A program made the position numbers and the translations under genes. The notes under the pieces are model-generated. The model made no database searches and had not been told where the DNA came from. It worked only from the letters and a program-made list of their open reading frames with translations. A stretch of 63,650 nucleotides of DNA, from positions 1-63,650 of the forward strand of contig JBECKQ010000254.1 of the NCBI GenBank assembly GCA_040235375.1, in the 5' to 3' direction. The DNA comes from Phycisphaerae bacterium (GTDB lineage: Bacteria > Planctomycetota > Phycisphaerae > UBA1845). This document shows, piece after piece, positions 26,714 through 36,552 of this stretch; positions within the stretch are counted from its first letter, which is position 1; each line of letters starts with the position of its first letter.

Positions 26714-27616
26714 TCAGGGGCGGCCGAGCACGTGGCGCAGGGCCGGTTCGAGGTCGGGCAAGTCGAACTCAAAGCCGGTGTTGATCAAGCGGGTAGGCAG
26801 CGCTCGATCGCTCGCCAGCAAGGCTTCGTCGGCCATCTCGCCAAACGCCGCCCGCAGCGCCATCCTCGGCACGCGCACGATGGTCGGTCGCTTGAGCACG
26901 CGGCCTAGCGCCTTCGTGAACTCGCGGTTCGTCACCGGGTTCGGCGAGACGGTGTTGACCGGCCCGGACAGTTCCTCAATTTGCAGAACGTGCAGAATAG
27001 CCGAGACGGCGTCGTCGATGGCGATCCAGCTCATGTATTGATCGCCGCCGCCGATCACCCCGCCGCCCCCCATCTTGAAGGCCGGCAGCATCTTCGCCAG
27101 GGCTCCCCCGTTCGCCGCGAGCACGACGCCGAATCGCGTGTGCACGACTCGGATGTCGCCCTCGCGCGCGGGCTCGGCGGCCGCCTCCCATGCCTGGCAG
27201 ACCTCCGCAAGGAAACCTGAGCCGGCAGCGCTGTTCTCGTCAAGCTGCTCGTCGCCGCGGTTACCGTAAAAGCCGATGGCGGACGCGCAGCACAGCACTT
27301 TCGGCGGGCGCGCGAGGCCGCTCAGTGCTTCGCTGAGCAGTTGCGTGCCCTTCACACGGCTGTCGCGAATGCGCATCTTCTTCTTTTCGGTCCAGCGCCC
27401 GTCGGTGAGTGGCTCGCCGGCAAGGTGTACGACGGCGTCGTGCCCTTCGAGTCCCCGGCGATCGATCGTACCGGCGCGAATGTCCCACGTGACCGCGCCA
27501 TCGTTGGCGTGGGACGCAGTGCGCACAAGTCGTGTCACACTGTGTCCCTCGCGCTTCAGTCGATCGACGACTGCGGATCCGATCAGGCCGGTCGATCCGC
27601 TGACAAGGACTTTCAC
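26714..27616 (-). CDS. TIGR01777/YfcH-like NAD-dependent epimerase/dehydratase family protein
   Basis: 'MKVLVSGSTGLIGSAVV' Rossmann motif and a DUF1731-like C-terminus 'RALPTRLINTGFEF'. Confidence 0.85.
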   Translation of the reverse strand: MKVLVSGSTGLIGSAVVDRLKREGHSVTRLVRTASHANDGAVTWDIRAGTIDRRGLEGHDAVVHLAGEPLTDGRWTEKKKMRIRDSRVKGTQLLSEALSGLARPPKVLCCASAIGFYGNRGDEQLDENSAAGSGFLAEVCQAWEAAAEPAREGDIRVVHTRFGVVLAANGGALAKMLPAFKMGGGGVIGGGDQYMSWIAIDDAVSAILHVLQIEELSGPVNTVSPNPVTNREFTKALGRVLKRPTIVRVPRMALRAAFGEMADEALLASDRALPTRLINTGFEFDLPDLEPALRHVLGRP

Positions 27617-28377
27617 GATTGCGGCTCCTTTGCTGAGCGCGGCACTTCACCGCGCCCCGCTGTCCACGAGTCAACTGTGCGAGGCAGTATTGACGTCGCG
27701 ACGGGGGATGGCAAACCGGCCCGCGAAAGCTCGACAAAACACCGAACGGCACGTAGGATTTTCCAGAGAATTCTGCGGGTTGAGCGATCTGGCAATGTGA
27801 CGCAACCCGCTCAACGCGGCAGTGGATAAAGTCATGAACGGCAAGCTGGCATTTCTCGCGGCCTTTGCCCCCTTGGTCGGCATCTACCTGTACTCGCGAT
27901 TCTGCTGAGGGGAGACCCTCCTTGGCACGCTCGGTACGGGCTTGATCATTATCGGTGGATGGGTCGCGGTCGAAGGGACGGTTCAGAGTTTGCGCATGGG
28001 CCGCGATCGCTGGTTCGGCGTGGCGGCGCTCGTCCTGCTGGCGATCGAAGTTGTCCTCTTTATCGGGCTGACAATCCTTCCGACGCCTTTCGCCGCAGTC
28101 CGATAGGGCAAGTGTTGGCGAATTTCAGCTGGCGTCCCTCGTTTCCAGGGAACGCATCTTAATTCCATCATCAGACTGGCCAGCGACCGAATTTGTATCG
28201 TAGGGTTGTCCTACGAGGGATTGGATCAGCCGGGCGCGCCCCGGTTCGCGTGGGACCGGAACGCCAGGCTGAGGCGTGTGGCAGCAGTCCACTGGCTGCG
28301 CGCCGTCGGTCGGCTCTTTTCGGTCGACCATCGTTCTTTGAACAATCGTGAGGAAAAGAGGGGATAGGAGTGCTTCT

Positions 28378-28674
28378 ATGAGTGACATTGGCATCGGCAA
28401 GAAACTGGTATCCGCGTTTAGTGCCGGTTCGTTCGCGAGCCTCGGGCCGTCGGGGCTGACCAAGCGCGAGTGGATCGCCACCATGTGCCTCCAGGGGATT
28501 CTGGCGAACAAGACGGTGGGGAAGGCGTCGGCATTGTCGACGGTCCAGAGCGCGGTGATGTACGCCGATCAGTTGCTTGACTGCCTGGCCAAGGAGATGC
28601 CTGCCGACGAGAGCGTGTTGCAGGCCAACACGTTACCGATGGCCGTGCAGAGGGTGGCGGCGCATGCGAGCTGA
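28378..28674 (+). CDS. Hypothetical protein (98 aa)
   Basis: ATG at 28378 preceded by a purine-rich RBS-like 'gaggaaaagaggggataggag'. No recognisable motif. Confidence 0.35.
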   Translation: MSDIGIGKKLVSAFSAGSFASLGPSGLTKREWIATMCLQGILANKTVGKASALSTVQSAVMYADQLLDCLAKEMPADESVLQANTLPMAVQRVAAHAS

Positions 28675-28832
28675 CTGCGCCGGCGCCGGCGCAGTACTGC
28701 TCATCGCCGCCCGCCACGCCAGGGGGGGCACACGGCTTCGGCATGGTCCGGCGGCGAGAAAGGCGACCGTGGCGAGCCTGGCGAGCGCGCCATCGCGGCA
28801 GCGGCCGTGGCCGAGCGCGAGGCGCGTTCGCG

Positions 28833-30131
28833 TCACGTGATCTTTGCGATCAACACGGTGCGGTCGTCATCTGCGGGGTGGCCGTCGGTGAACGTGTTGA
28901 CGGCGTCGAGTACCGACTTGATAAGTCCGGTGGCGAAGAGGGAGCAGTCTTCGAGCGTCAGATCGAGTCGCTGGAGGCCGAACATCTCGCCGCGCGGATT
29001 TGTCGCCTCGGTGATTCCATCGGTATAGAACACGATCTGATCGCCGGGATGCAGCGTCAGCGAAGCCTGCTCGAACGCTGCGTCCGGCATGATTCCCAGC
29101 GGCAGCGATCGGGCCTTGTCCAGCGAAAAGATCGAGCCATCCTGGCAGCGTTTCAGCCTTGGCGGGTTGTGTCCTGCGCACGCGTAAACCATTTCGCACT
29201 TGGCCGGATCGTACACGCCGTGGAAGGCGGTCACGAACGTGCCGCTGCCTTCCGTATAGTGCTCGGTGAGCCGCAGGTTGAGGTAGCCCAGGAACTCTGC
29301 CGGCCGGTCGGGATCGCCCGGATACGAGTGAGCGATGCTGTGCGTAATGGCCATCAGCACCGCCGCGGGAGTGCCGTGGCCGGCCACGTCGGCGATAAGA
29401 ATGCCCCACCGTCCGTTCGGCAGGGCGAAGAAGTCGTAGTAGTCGCCGCCAGCGCGGCGTGACGTTTCGTAGTGTGCCGCAAGCTGCATGGTCGGAATCT
29501 GCGGCAGGGTGGCCGGAAGGAGCGAGCGCTGGATCCGGGCGATCATGCGCAGTTCGTGATCCACCTCGCGATAGGCTTCCCGGAGCTGTGACGACAGGGC
29601 GAGGTTGTGCGTCGCCCGGCCGAACAGGTTGCTCGTCAGCACCATGTCCGGCAGGTCTTCGGGGTCGAAACCGGCCGGCTGGCTGCGCGTCAGCACGACC
29701 ATGTTAAGCGCCGTGCCGCCGTCGAAGTGCGGAATCGCCACGAGCGATCGTTGCCCGGCGAGGTATTCGGCCGCGGGGTCGTCTGCCGATACTTGGAGCT
29801 CTTCGATGATGCGCGGCTCGTCGCCATAGATCAGGTCGGCGAACAGGCCTCCTTCCAGCAACGGGAGGCGAGACTTTTCCTTCCAGGGATTGGGTTCCTC
29901 GTCCCACGTCGTGCTTCTCGTCACGCGGTATCGCGGCCACGCGAGGTCGCGGCGACTCAGCGAAATGATGCGCTCCGTCGGCAGCAAAGCACGCATGCGC
30001 CGGCGGTAGTCCTGCACCATCGTCTGCGGATCAGTGTGCGTGCTCATCGCCCGCACGGTTTCGACGACGTGAGCGAGCCTCGCCTGCCAGCCGAGGGTTG
30101 GCTCCGTGGTGGTCATTTGCCGTCCGTCCAT
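28833..30131 (-). CDS. PP2C-family (SpoIIE/RsbU-like) serine phosphatase with N-terminal GAF-like sensor
   Basis: 'GGDYYDFFALPNGRWGILIADVAGHGTPAAVLMA' and 'FYTDGITEA'. Confidence 0.85.
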   Translation of the reverse strand: MDGRQMTTTEPTLGWQARLAHVVETVRAMSTHTDPQTMVQDYRRRMRALLPTERIISLSRRDLAWPRYRVTRSTTWDEEPNPWKEKSRLPLLEGGLFADLIYGDEPRIIEELQVSADDPAAEYLAGQRSLVAIPHFDGGTALNMVVLTRSQPAGFDPEDLPDMVLTSNLFGRATHNLALSSQLREAYREVDHELRMIARIQRSLLPATLPQIPTMQLAAHYETSRRAGGDYYDFFALPNGRWGILIADVAGHGTPAAVLMAITHSIAHSYPGDPDRPAEFLGYLNLRLTEHYTEGSGTFVTAFHGVYDPAKCEMVYACAGHNPPRLKRCQDGSIFSLDKARSLPLGIMPDAAFEQASLTLHPGDQIVFYTDGITEATNPRGEMFGLQRLDLTLEDCSLFATGLIKSVLDAVNTFTDGHPADDDRTVLIAKIT

Positions 30132-30185
30132 ATCCCCGGATGGTAGGCGGTCGGGGACGCGGCGGCGAGGTCGGCCACTAAGCTC

Positions 30186-30842
30186 TTATTTCAGCGCGTC
30201 TTCGATGACTTCGATGCGGCGGCGAAGCTCGTCCAGCTCGGCTCGATGGGCGACCAGCTCCTCGCGCAGCTCGGCCAGGTCGTTCGAGGGCGGTGCCGGA
30301 TGCGCGGCGGGCGCCGCCGCTGTCGTTGTCGCCGGCTCCTCTTCCTTCGGGTACAGCGTGTGGCAATAGCGGTCTGCCGACTGGCCGGTGCCGCGCGGCA
30401 GCACACGCACGAACGGCGGCGCGGCTTGGCCAAGTTGATCGAGTACGGCCCCGACCGCGGCCGCATCGGCGAACGGGGCCAGCCGCGCACAGCGGCCACG
30501 CAATTCGCCCACTGTCTGGGGGCCGCGCAGCAGCAGCTCCGCCATGACCGCCTGCTGCGGTCTGTCCCACTCGAGCTGCTCGTGTGCCTGGTGGCGATAC
30601 TTCTTGCTTCGAGCGCCCGGGCCGGGGAGCACGACCGTTACGAGACTGTGCTCGCGAAGGCTCTCGAGCGCATTCCAGACAACGTCCTCGTCGAGCGTCA
30701 TCACCGGATCGCGGTTCTGCTTCTGATTGCAACCGGCCACGATGGCGTTCAACGTCATCGGGTAGTATTCCGGATGGGCCATGGATTTTTCCATGAGCAC
30801 GCCGAGCACCCGGCGTTCGTTTGCAGTGAGGTATCCTGCCAT
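30186..30842 (-). CDS. DUF480 (YceH) family protein
   Basis: 'LTANERRVLGVLMEKSMAHPEYYPMTLNAIVAGCNQKQNRDPVM' with a C-terminal coiled coil. Confidence 0.85.
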   Translation of the reverse strand: MAGYLTANERRVLGVLMEKSMAHPEYYPMTLNAIVAGCNQKQNRDPVMTLDEDVVWNALESLREHSLVTVVLPGPGARSKKYRHQAHEQLEWDRPQQAVMAELLLRGPQTVGELRGRCARLAPFADAAAVGAVLDQLGQAAPPFVRVLPRGTGQSADRYCHTLYPKEEEPATTTAAAPAAHPAPPSNDLAELREELVAHRAELDELRRRIEVIEDALK

Positions 30843-31018
30843 GAATCACTCCCGCATGGGAAAAGACCAGGGTATCAGCCCGCACGTGGGTAGAGCGTAT
30901 CACCGTCGCGTCCGAACCGTCAACGACGACGGCCACGTGCGCCAGGGCCGCCGGCGCGAGCGGCTGCTTCCGCTTCGCGCGTTGACGACGAGAGAAGCGA
31001 CGCTGAAGATTGAACACC

Positions 31019-31483
31019 ATGCTTGAGCTCATCGAGCCACAGTCCACCGACCAGATCGCGTTGGCGCGATCGCTGTTCGTGGAATATGCCGACTCGCTCG
31101 GATTCGACCTTTGCTTTCAGGATTTCGAGGCCGAGCTGAAGAGGTTGCCGGGCGACTACGCCCGGCCCGACGGGCGGATGTACGTCGCGTTGTTCGATGG
31201 CCGGCCGGTGGGGTGCATCGCGCTGCGTCGCTTCGACACGGATTCGTGCGAGATGAAGCGGATGTACGTTCGTCCCGATTTTCGCAGATGCGGCATTGGT
31301 CGGACGCTGGCGGAAACAGTAATCCGGGATGCCCGCGCGATCGGCTATCGGCGGATGCTGCTCGACACTGCCCCCCACATGAACGAGGCGATTTCGTTGT
31401 ACCGCCGTCTCGGCTTTTGCGAGACGCAGCCGTATCGGTTCAATCCGCTCGAGGGTGCGTTGTTCTTTGCGCTGGATCTATAG
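31019..31483 (+). CDS. GNAT family N-acetyltransferase
   Basis: 'MKRMYVRPDFRRCGIGRTLAE' (acetyl-CoA binding R/Q-x-x-G-x-G/A motif). Confidence 0.85.
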   Translation: MLELIEPQSTDQIALARSLFVEYADSLGFDLCFQDFEAELKRLPGDYARPDGRMYVALFDGRPVGCIALRRFDTDSCEMKRMYVRPDFRRCGIGRTLAETVIRDARAIGYRRMLLDTAPHMNEAISLYRRLGFCETQPYRFNPLEGALFFALDL

Positions 31484-31489
31484 CGGGAA

Positions 31490-32818
31490 TTACACGTTGG
31501 GCGCGCCGTCCCGTGCCGCCATCGCCGGCGGCGCCGCCGAAGGCGTGCGAAGCGACATCAGCCGCAGGCTCTGGAACGCGATGGCCGTGCTCTCCAGCTG
31601 CGCCTGGAACCATCCCACGCGACTCTGATCGAAGACGCGCGGCTGGTTCGCGAGGTGGAATTCGACGTAGCGCAGGCCGTTGCGGACGAGCGCGTGCGTG
31701 AGCCGTTGGTCGCCGGCGTGCTGGGCGTCGGCGCGGGCGAAGAAGATCACCGCGTTGAAATCGTGAACGTGCTGGTGAAGCCCGCCGACCACGCTCAACC
31801 GCGTTCCCACCAGCAGGCGCTGCCAGATACGCGACCGCATGTAGCGCAGGAGCAGTCCCGTCGCCGCAGGATCGAGCTGCGGAGCGACCGGATGCTGCAT
31901 CACGTCCGCTACGCTGATGTTCCGGCCGAGCACGCGCGAGGCGTACGCGCCCGAGAACCGCGCCAGCGACATGAGCTTCGGCAACATGGTCAGTCGTTTC
32001 CAAAGGCCGGCGTAGGAGGTGGCGTCGATCGGCGCCGTGTCGCGAAACAGCGTGGCGGCGAACAGCAGACGCACCGGGCTGGGGGCGGCCACTGGCCGAT
32101 CAAAGGCGCTGATTTCCGGAATGTCCGGCGTCGAAGGCAGTTGGGCGTCGCTGCAGAGCAGTTCGATCAGCGTCGCATCCTCCTCGACGCGCACGTTCTC
32201 CTTGTAACGCTGGAGGGCGGTTGCCAGAGCGAGGGCCTCGCCGAAACACCGCCAGATGTCCGCGTCCGCCCGGTCGGCGAAGATGGACAGCAGCCGGTCG
32301 TAGACCGCATCGGCCTCGGCCGCCGACAGGGTGCGCGTCGTATCGAGCCGCGTGCGTGCCGCGGGATCCGGCGGCTTTTTCGACAACCGGATAACGGCGG
32401 CCACGTCATCGGCTTGCTCGGTCAGTGGCCGACCGGCCCTGTCCTGCACGGCGGGGCAGCCGAAGTCGACGGAGATCCGATCGTCAGCGGCGGTCCGGGC
32501 GACCATGTAGGGAAATCCAAGACAGGCGCGCGGCTTCGCCTGCGCTCCGAGTTCCTTGTGAATGATGCACAGTCCGTCGCGATCGAGGAAGAGACATCGC
32601 GTGCCCTCGCCTTTGGCGAGAACGTAGTGACCGTCGGGCGCGTCGCGCGGCCTGTGGTAGTAGGTCTTGTGCACCAGTTGGGGATACGCGCTGAAGTCGT
32701 GTTGTTCGAGCGCGTGTGCCTTGTCAGCATCGATAAGCGTTCGCCAGGGCTGATCGCAACAAGCGGTGCAGCTTCCGCATGAAAAGCGGGCAGTCGGGTC
32801 AAGGACCTGAAGTCGCAT
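31490..32818 (-). CDS. YkgJ/UPF0153-like CxxCxxCC cluster protein with a long helical C-terminal extension
   Basis: ATG at 32818 with GGGAGG upstream. 'FSCGSCTACCDQPW', 'RCLFLDRDGLCIIH' and 'CLGFPY'. At about 440 aa it is much longer than typical YkgJ proteins. Confidence 0.7.
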   Translation of the reverse strand: MRLQVLDPTARFSCGSCTACCDQPWRTLIDADKAHALEQHDFSAYPQLVHKTYYHRPRDAPDGHYVLAKGEGTRCLFLDRDGLCIIHKELGAQAKPRACLGFPYMVARTAADDRISVDFGCPAVQDRAGRPLTEQADDVAAVIRLSKKPPDPAARTRLDTTRTLSAAEADAVYDRLLSIFADRADADIWRCFGEALALATALQRYKENVRVEEDATLIELLCSDAQLPSTPDIPEISAFDRPVAAPSPVRLLFAATLFRDTAPIDATSYAGLWKRLTMLPKLMSLARFSGAYASRVLGRNISVADVMQHPVAPQLDPAATGLLLRYMRSRIWQRLLVGTRLSVVGGLHQHVHDFNAVIFFARADAQHAGDQRLTHALVRNGLRYVEFHLANQPRVFDQSRVGWFQAQLESTAIAFQSLRLMSLRTPSAAPPAMAARDGAPNV

Positions 32819-33077
32819 CAGAGAATACCTCCCGGAAGGCGCAGAATGCCCCCCGCAGAGTTTGTCGGCAGTGGAGCAGGGAATCATTACGTTACGATCG
32901 AGAGCAATAACGAGAGGGCCGATAATACCGCCGCGCGCGGGAGTATCGGATTAGGACCAGAATCAGGAAGGGAACGCGCAAGGTTCGTCTCGACCTATAT
33001 CATCATCCGAATCCTGACCCTAATCGTACTAACGGGCACGCCAACCGGCCTGCGCAGCGGCATCCGCCCACGAATAA

Positions 33078-34778
33078 CTACGGCGCCACCAAATTCTGAT
33101 TTCTCAAATCAGTCGTGGCGCGGCCGGTCGAGAATTCGGTAACCTTGGTGCCGGGAGGGAGGAGATACAGATAGACGAGCTTGTAATCGTCGCGGAGGTT
33201 TTGATTCTTGATCTTGTCGAAAGGTCTGATCGCGCGAGCGCCGGATTCGGCATACTCGGGATAATATTGGAGCTCGAAATACATTTCGCCGCCGACCTTG
33301 GCGGCCGCGTACTTGCCGACGGGGGTGTACTGCCGGCCGTGCTCGTCGGTGACGGTGTAGTTCTCGATCGTATGCACGCTGTAACTGAGGGCCCGGCCCA
33401 GCGTGCTGCCCGCCTGGAGGTTCTCGACATTGAGCTGCAGAAGTGCCCGGCCCTGCGGAACCTTGAGCGCCGACACGGGCTGCTGCGAGCCACCCTCCTG
33501 ATCGGCAACGAGTGCCAGAACGTGACCCTGGACGAGCTCGTCGCCCTGCATATCGGCATCGCCCGAATAGTTGGTGAGCTTCAACGGCAGGTCGCCACCA
33601 AAGTGCGAAGAGACGAACTTTACGCCGGCAACGCGCCCACCCGGCGTGACGACCGGAGGCGGCGTCGGCTGCGGCGCGGCCGTGGTCTGCTCCGGAGGCG
33701 ATACGACGGCGCTCTTGAATTGTTGCTTGCGGATCGGGATGCGCGGCCCCTGTTTGTAAGCGACGAAGCGAGGGTCGAAGTTCTGAGGCACCTGAAAGGC
33801 CACATCGATCTGCCCGTTCGGCGCCGCGGTGAGCACCATCTCCTCCACGTTGGTCGTCGTGGAGCTGCGGCCCTCGGTCTTGATGGATCGCACGAACTTG
33901 GTGGGCACGTCCTTGTCGGCCACGGCGATCGCGTGATACATCGCCGGGAGACGCGTGTCGTCCGTTACGAGATCCCCGACCAGGCGGACCTGCCGGAGCG
34001 TGAACAGGTGCTTCCCGTCCTTGTTCGCCGCTTCGGATCTCAACTGGAGCGCGACGCGGGGCAGCGTCATGTTCGCGGCCCCCGAAAACTCACTCAGCGG
34101 GACCAGCGTGGCGGGCCCCTGCGACTTGATCTCTCTCTCGTAGATGAAGTTCACGTGCCCCGCGTCCACGAAGGACACCGAATCCGGCGGGACGACGCGG
34201 GAGATGCCCGCGGGTGCGGATTGTACCCAGCCGATCTCCGTGATCAGGTCGGGATGAATACTCGCAAATCGGACCGTGCCGCTGAACGGGCCGCCGGAGA
34301 GCGCTGAGGCAAAGCCGGCCGCCGCTCGATCGGGCTTGAACAGAAGCTCCGATTGCTCGTCCGGCTTCTCGGGATTGAAACGCTGGAAACCAAGAACGCT
34401 CGGCCCCCACGGCGACATCTCGATGGCGATGGCCAGGACGCCGGCGATCATGAATGTGCTGATCAGTCCCGCGGCCGCCGCGGCCCCCTTGTCCAATAAC
34501 TGGGGCAGCAAGTGCGCACGCGGCACCCAGATATCCATGAGTATGCGAAGGATGATCAACGGAACGATGAACATGCCCATCAGCGCCCAGGCGTACGCGT
34601 AATCGGGCAAGAGACCGATGAACACCTTCTGCGCGACGTACTCATACGTGCCGAACGCCACGGCGAGGCACACGATTGTCAGGACGCACGTGATGAAAGC
34701 CGTGGTGAAGCCCTGGATGGTCAGGTAGTAGGTACCCGCCAGGACGATGATGACCAGCAGTGCGAGCGAAAACCACAT
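33078..34778 (-). CDS. CvpA-like polytopic N-terminal domain fused to a large (about 400 aa) extracytoplasmic domain, function unknown
   Basis: N-terminus 'MWFSLALLVIIVLAGTYYLTIQGF...IVPLIILRILMDIWVPR' with 4-5 TM segments. It is the last gene of the pilT / GspE-like operon. Confidence 0.75.
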   Translation of the reverse strand: MWFSLALLVIIVLAGTYYLTIQGFTTAFITCVLTIVCLAVAFGTYEYVAQKVFIGLLPDYAYAWALMGMFIVPLIILRILMDIWVPRAHLLPQLLDKGAAAAAGLISTFMIAGVLAIAIEMSPWGPSVLGFQRFNPEKPDEQSELLFKPDRAAAGFASALSGGPFSGTVRFASIHPDLITEIGWVQSAPAGISRVVPPDSVSFVDAGHVNFIYEREIKSQGPATLVPLSEFSGAANMTLPRVALQLRSEAANKDGKHLFTLRQVRLVGDLVTDDTRLPAMYHAIAVADKDVPTKFVRSIKTEGRSSTTTNVEEMVLTAAPNGQIDVAFQVPQNFDPRFVAYKQGPRIPIRKQQFKSAVVSPPEQTTAAPQPTPPPVVTPGGRVAGVKFVSSHFGGDLPLKLTNYSGDADMQGDELVQGHVLALVADQEGGSQQPVSALKVPQGRALLQLNVENLQAGSTLGRALSYSVHTIENYTVTDEHGRQYTPVGKYAAAKVGGEMYFELQYYPEYAESGARAIRPFDKIKNQNLRDDYKLVYLYLLPPGTKVTEFSTGRATTDLRNQNLVAP

Positions 34779-34817
34779 AATCTCGTCTCCGTCCGCTTGC
34801 GCGGTCGGCTGCTACTC

Positions 34818-36488
34818 CTACTTCGCCTCGATGCGCAGGCCGCGCATGACTTCCGCCATGCTGGTGACGCCGGCGATGACTTTCCGGACGCCCTCCTCCT
34901 GCAGGTATCTCATCTTCTCCGCCCGGGCCTGATCCTTGATCTGCCGGATGGACGCGCCGGAGGCAATCAGCGCGCGCACTCTGTCGCTGACAATGAACAT
35001 CTCGAACACACCCGTGCGGCCGACGTGCCGGCTGTTCTGGCAGGTCTGGCAGACGATCTCCCGCCCGCGCTTGTCGAGTATGGGGGCGGACGGCGGGCGG
35101 TAGAAGTGCTCGATCTCGTCGGCCGGCAGGTTGGCCTTGCGCAGGATCTGGGCATCGGGCTGGTAGGCCTCACGGCACGCCGGGCAGAGGATGCGCAGCA
35201 GTCGCTGGGCGACGACGGCGACCAGCGATCCGGCCACGAGCTTCGGATCCTCGACCAGGGCGAGCAGCCGGGACAGGGCGTCAAACGAGTTCGTCGCCTT
35301 GATCGCCAGGTAGATTTTCTTCTCGGTTGCCGCGCGGCAGGCGAGCGAAGCGGTCTCGCGATCCTCGCATTGACTTACCAGGACCACGTCCGGCTCGCGG
35401 CGCAGCACCGTCTGGAGCATGCGACCATAGCTGACCTGTGACTTCGCCTGGTCGTAAACCTGCTGGGTCACGTTGTCGAGCTTCATGAGCGGCTCGGTCT
35501 CGAGGGCGTAGAGGTTCTGCAGGTAGGCGTCGTGGGCGCGAAGCGCGGCGTACTGCGTGGTGGTGAGGCCGGCCTCTCGCGGCCCGGCGAAAAGAACCAG
35601 ACCCGCGTCGAGTTCGACCACCTTTTTGAAGCGGTCCAGCTGCTTGTTGGTGAACCCGAGGTCGGCGAGTTTGAGGAGGCCGGCCGAACGGTTCAGCCTG
35701 AGCCGCAATCGCTCGCCCTTCATCGAGCCGGAGGCCTGCACCTCGAGCGGTTCGGGCTTTTCCTCGCTGCCGAGCAGGGCGACGCGGATCGTCCCCGTTT
35801 GCGGCCTTCGTCGCTCCTCGATGTTGAGTCCGGCGGCCTGCTTCAGGAAGACCAGGACTTTCTCCGCGGAGTCGGTAGTCAGCGCGTTTTCCTGTTCGGA
35901 GACCACGCCGTCGATCTTGTAGATGACGCGCGTCTCGCCGTTGCCAAGCAGGACGTCGACGTCGCTGGCCCGTTTCCAAAGCAGGTCAAAGAGAAAATCC
36001 TGCGTCGCGTCGAACTGATCGAGCACGACAACGTCGTGCGGCTTGGCCATCTGTTCGCCCTGCGAGTCCACGATGCGGACGCGCAGTCCCTTGTCTTCAC
36101 GCGTCTTCTTGCCGCCGCCCACTCCGGCGAGTAATCGCTTGACGTGTCCCGGCGTGAGCACGCGGTTCGCCGGAACCATGCGCCCGTTGCGGTGCACAAC
36201 GTAGGCGATAAGCGTGCCGGCGGCGAGCACTGCCCAGAACGCCAGGCCCAAAAAGAACGCGGCCCCTGACCAGGGAAACAGCACCAGTACGGCGAGTCCG
36301 CCGAGACCGCCTCCCAGGACGACCAGGTTCCACCACTCGCGGCGGGTCTTGACTCGATCGGAATCCCGATCGACCCATTGCGAAGCGAGCGTCCATAGCA
36401 CGAAAAGCACCAGGACTGCGATCGTCTTGGGGAGGCTGATATACGTGTCGATCCCAGGGATTTGGGCTTGAGCGAGGATCGCGAGCAT
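34818..36488 (-). CDS. Membrane-anchored GspE/PilB-fold protein with degenerate ATPase motifs (pseudo-ATPase)
   Basis: N-terminal hydrophobic segments span roughly residues 20-115. 'LFAGPREAGLTTT' replaces Walker A GPTGSGKTTT, 'DVVLVSQCEDRETA' replaces the Walker B/Glu region, and 'KIYLAIKATNSFDA' replaces the His box. The tetra-Cys 'CPACREAY...CQTCQNSRHVGRTGVFE' is retained. Confidence 0.8.
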   Translation of the reverse strand: MLAILAQAQIPGIDTYISLPKTIAVLVLFVLWTLASQWVDRDSDRVKTRREWWNLVVLGGGLGGLAVLVLFPWSGAAFFLGLAFWAVLAAGTLIAYVVHRNGRMVPANRVLTPGHVKRLLAGVGGGKKTREDKGLRVRIVDSQGEQMAKPHDVVVLDQFDATQDFLFDLLWKRASDVDVLLGNGETRVIYKIDGVVSEQENALTTDSAEKVLVFLKQAAGLNIEERRRPQTGTIRVALLGSEEKPEPLEVQASGSMKGERLRLRLNRSAGLLKLADLGFTNKQLDRFKKVVELDAGLVLFAGPREAGLTTTQYAALRAHDAYLQNLYALETEPLMKLDNVTQQVYDQAKSQVSYGRMLQTVLRREPDVVLVSQCEDRETASLACRAATEKKIYLAIKATNSFDALSRLLALVEDPKLVAGSLVAVVAQRLLRILCPACREAYQPDAQILRKANLPADEIEHFYRPPSAPILDKRGREIVCQTCQNSRHVGRTGVFEMFIVSDRVRALIASGASIRQIKDQARAEKMRYLQEEGVRKVIAGVTSMAEVMRGLRIEAK

Positions 36489-36552
36489 CTTATCGAGTGA
36501 TCACCAGGACTGTGTTCTCCGCCAACCTCTGAGTCGGGCAGGTTAACGACTT

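Noticed and set aside
32948-33030. Imperfect inverted repeat (ggattagg.../...cctaatc) between the CvpA-like gene and the YkgJ-like gene
   Set aside because: Only 7 bp pair cleanly and the rest is mismatched, with no U-run. It is a weak candidate for a terminator or regulatory hairpin.
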